From positions 620,001 through 684,000 of the forward strand of contig NW_024704781.1 of the NCBI RefSeq assembly GCF_018977255.1: a stretch of DNA of 64,000 nucleotides. Direction: 5' to 3'. Every line of letters starts with the position of its first letter. Position 1 is the first letter of the stretch. Both the position numbers and the translations under genes were made by a program. The notes beneath the pieces are model-generated. The model was not told where the DNA came from. It was given only the letters and a program-made list of their open reading frames with translations, and searched no databases. Positions 63,131 to 64,000 of the stretch are shown one piece after another. This DNA is from Callorhinchus milii (lineage: Eukaryota).

Positions 63131-63588
63131 GGGAATATAATGTGACACTGCTTTTCATGGTTACTGTCGTTCAACCTGCGTGGAAACGAGCATAACTTAT
63201 GTTTCTGTGTGCGACTCCAAAATGAGCCACAATCAGGCTTGCTTAAAGTTGCAGCACTCATTTGTAACTTGGAAGCAGCCCTGAAGGACGATTGAGCATT
63301 GGGAAGAACAGTAAGCAGCGAGTTTTCAAAGTTTTTCTATTGGCAAATCTGTTCTGCAAGTTTTGTTTTCCGAGTGTGACCTATGCCCTCCTACACAGTC
63401 GCTGAAGCTAATTATGCGTCTTGTTCTTACCAATCTCCAGGTATTACAGGTGACAAACCAGATACCAGTGCTTTTGCCCCTGCTCATTAAGCAGCGTATT
63501 TTATGTGGCAGAAGATAATGCGTAAGGAAAATGCTGCATTTATAAAGCAAATTTCACTTAGGGAGGAAGTCCCGAGACTTTGGATACA
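62516..63588 (+). repeat. 177-bp direct repeat (62516-62692 and 63412-63588), 2 mismatches
   Basis: ttatgcgtcttgttc...gactttggataca present twice; the first copy interrupts the Gypsy pol. Confidence 0.92.
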
Positions 63589-64000
63589 AAAAATGTGTTT
63601 GTCCGAAAACGTTTTCCAATTGCTAATAATTTACCCTGAGATGGTGGCTGTTGGACAAGATTAAACTGAACATTTAGGAAAAAAACATTGACAAAGGCAT
63701 TCAGGGATAAGCTTTTGGTGATCGCAGTTGAGCAGAGGAGTTGAAAGACAAACAATTGGGTAGTTGTGTACTGTGTGAAACTTTTCAATGATGATTCCAT
63801 GCTTCAATTCCCCACAGTAAACATTCCATTAATTTATTTGTTCAATGAAGTGTACTTAACACCAGTGTTCGCGGGAGCTCAATCTTTGTGGAGAACGACC
63901 ACTGCATAAGTAATGGGTTCTCTGGTGATTCCCATCGTTCCTGGAAACGCTGTCTCCACGAGCATCACTGCAACTTTCTCTCTCAACATGTATCGCAAGG

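Noticed and set aside
1-64000. IgH V segments, constant-region exons, CRISPR arrays, rRNA genes
   Set aside because: None recognised; all V exons other than the IgNAR-like one look TCR-type, and the DNA is eukaryotic.

Overview
Eukaryotic genomic DNA, almost certainly from a cartilaginous fish (species not determinable from the sequence). It has two zones, with LINE/SINE remnants throughout. (1) About 1-21 kb is a minus-strand array of T-cell receptor alpha/delta-type V segments with leader exons and 23-bp-spacer RSSs. Most are pseudogenes; the V at 17.2-17.9 kb is intact. Nested in the array is a complete NAR-TCR-type double-V cassette: an IgNAR-like V (22-spacer RSS), a 12/12-RSS D, a 23-RSS J with a phase-1 donor, and a supporting TCR-delta V with a CDR1 cysteine (one intact, one decayed tandem copy). 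An apparent vestigial start-less leader exon lies in the J-to-supporting-V intron. (2) About 23-59 kb holds four two-exon class A GPCR genes of the GPR139/GPR142-like family expanded in chondrichthyans. Three lie in a young ~10.9-kb tandem segmental duplication (about 2.5 units). They differ at few codons, and all four genes carry a different residue at TM3 position 3.32 (V/L/A/M). The window ends in a decayed Ty3/Gypsy pol containing a young 177-bp duplication. All coordinates and alignments were made by eye, and single-base frameshifts could be sequencing errors.
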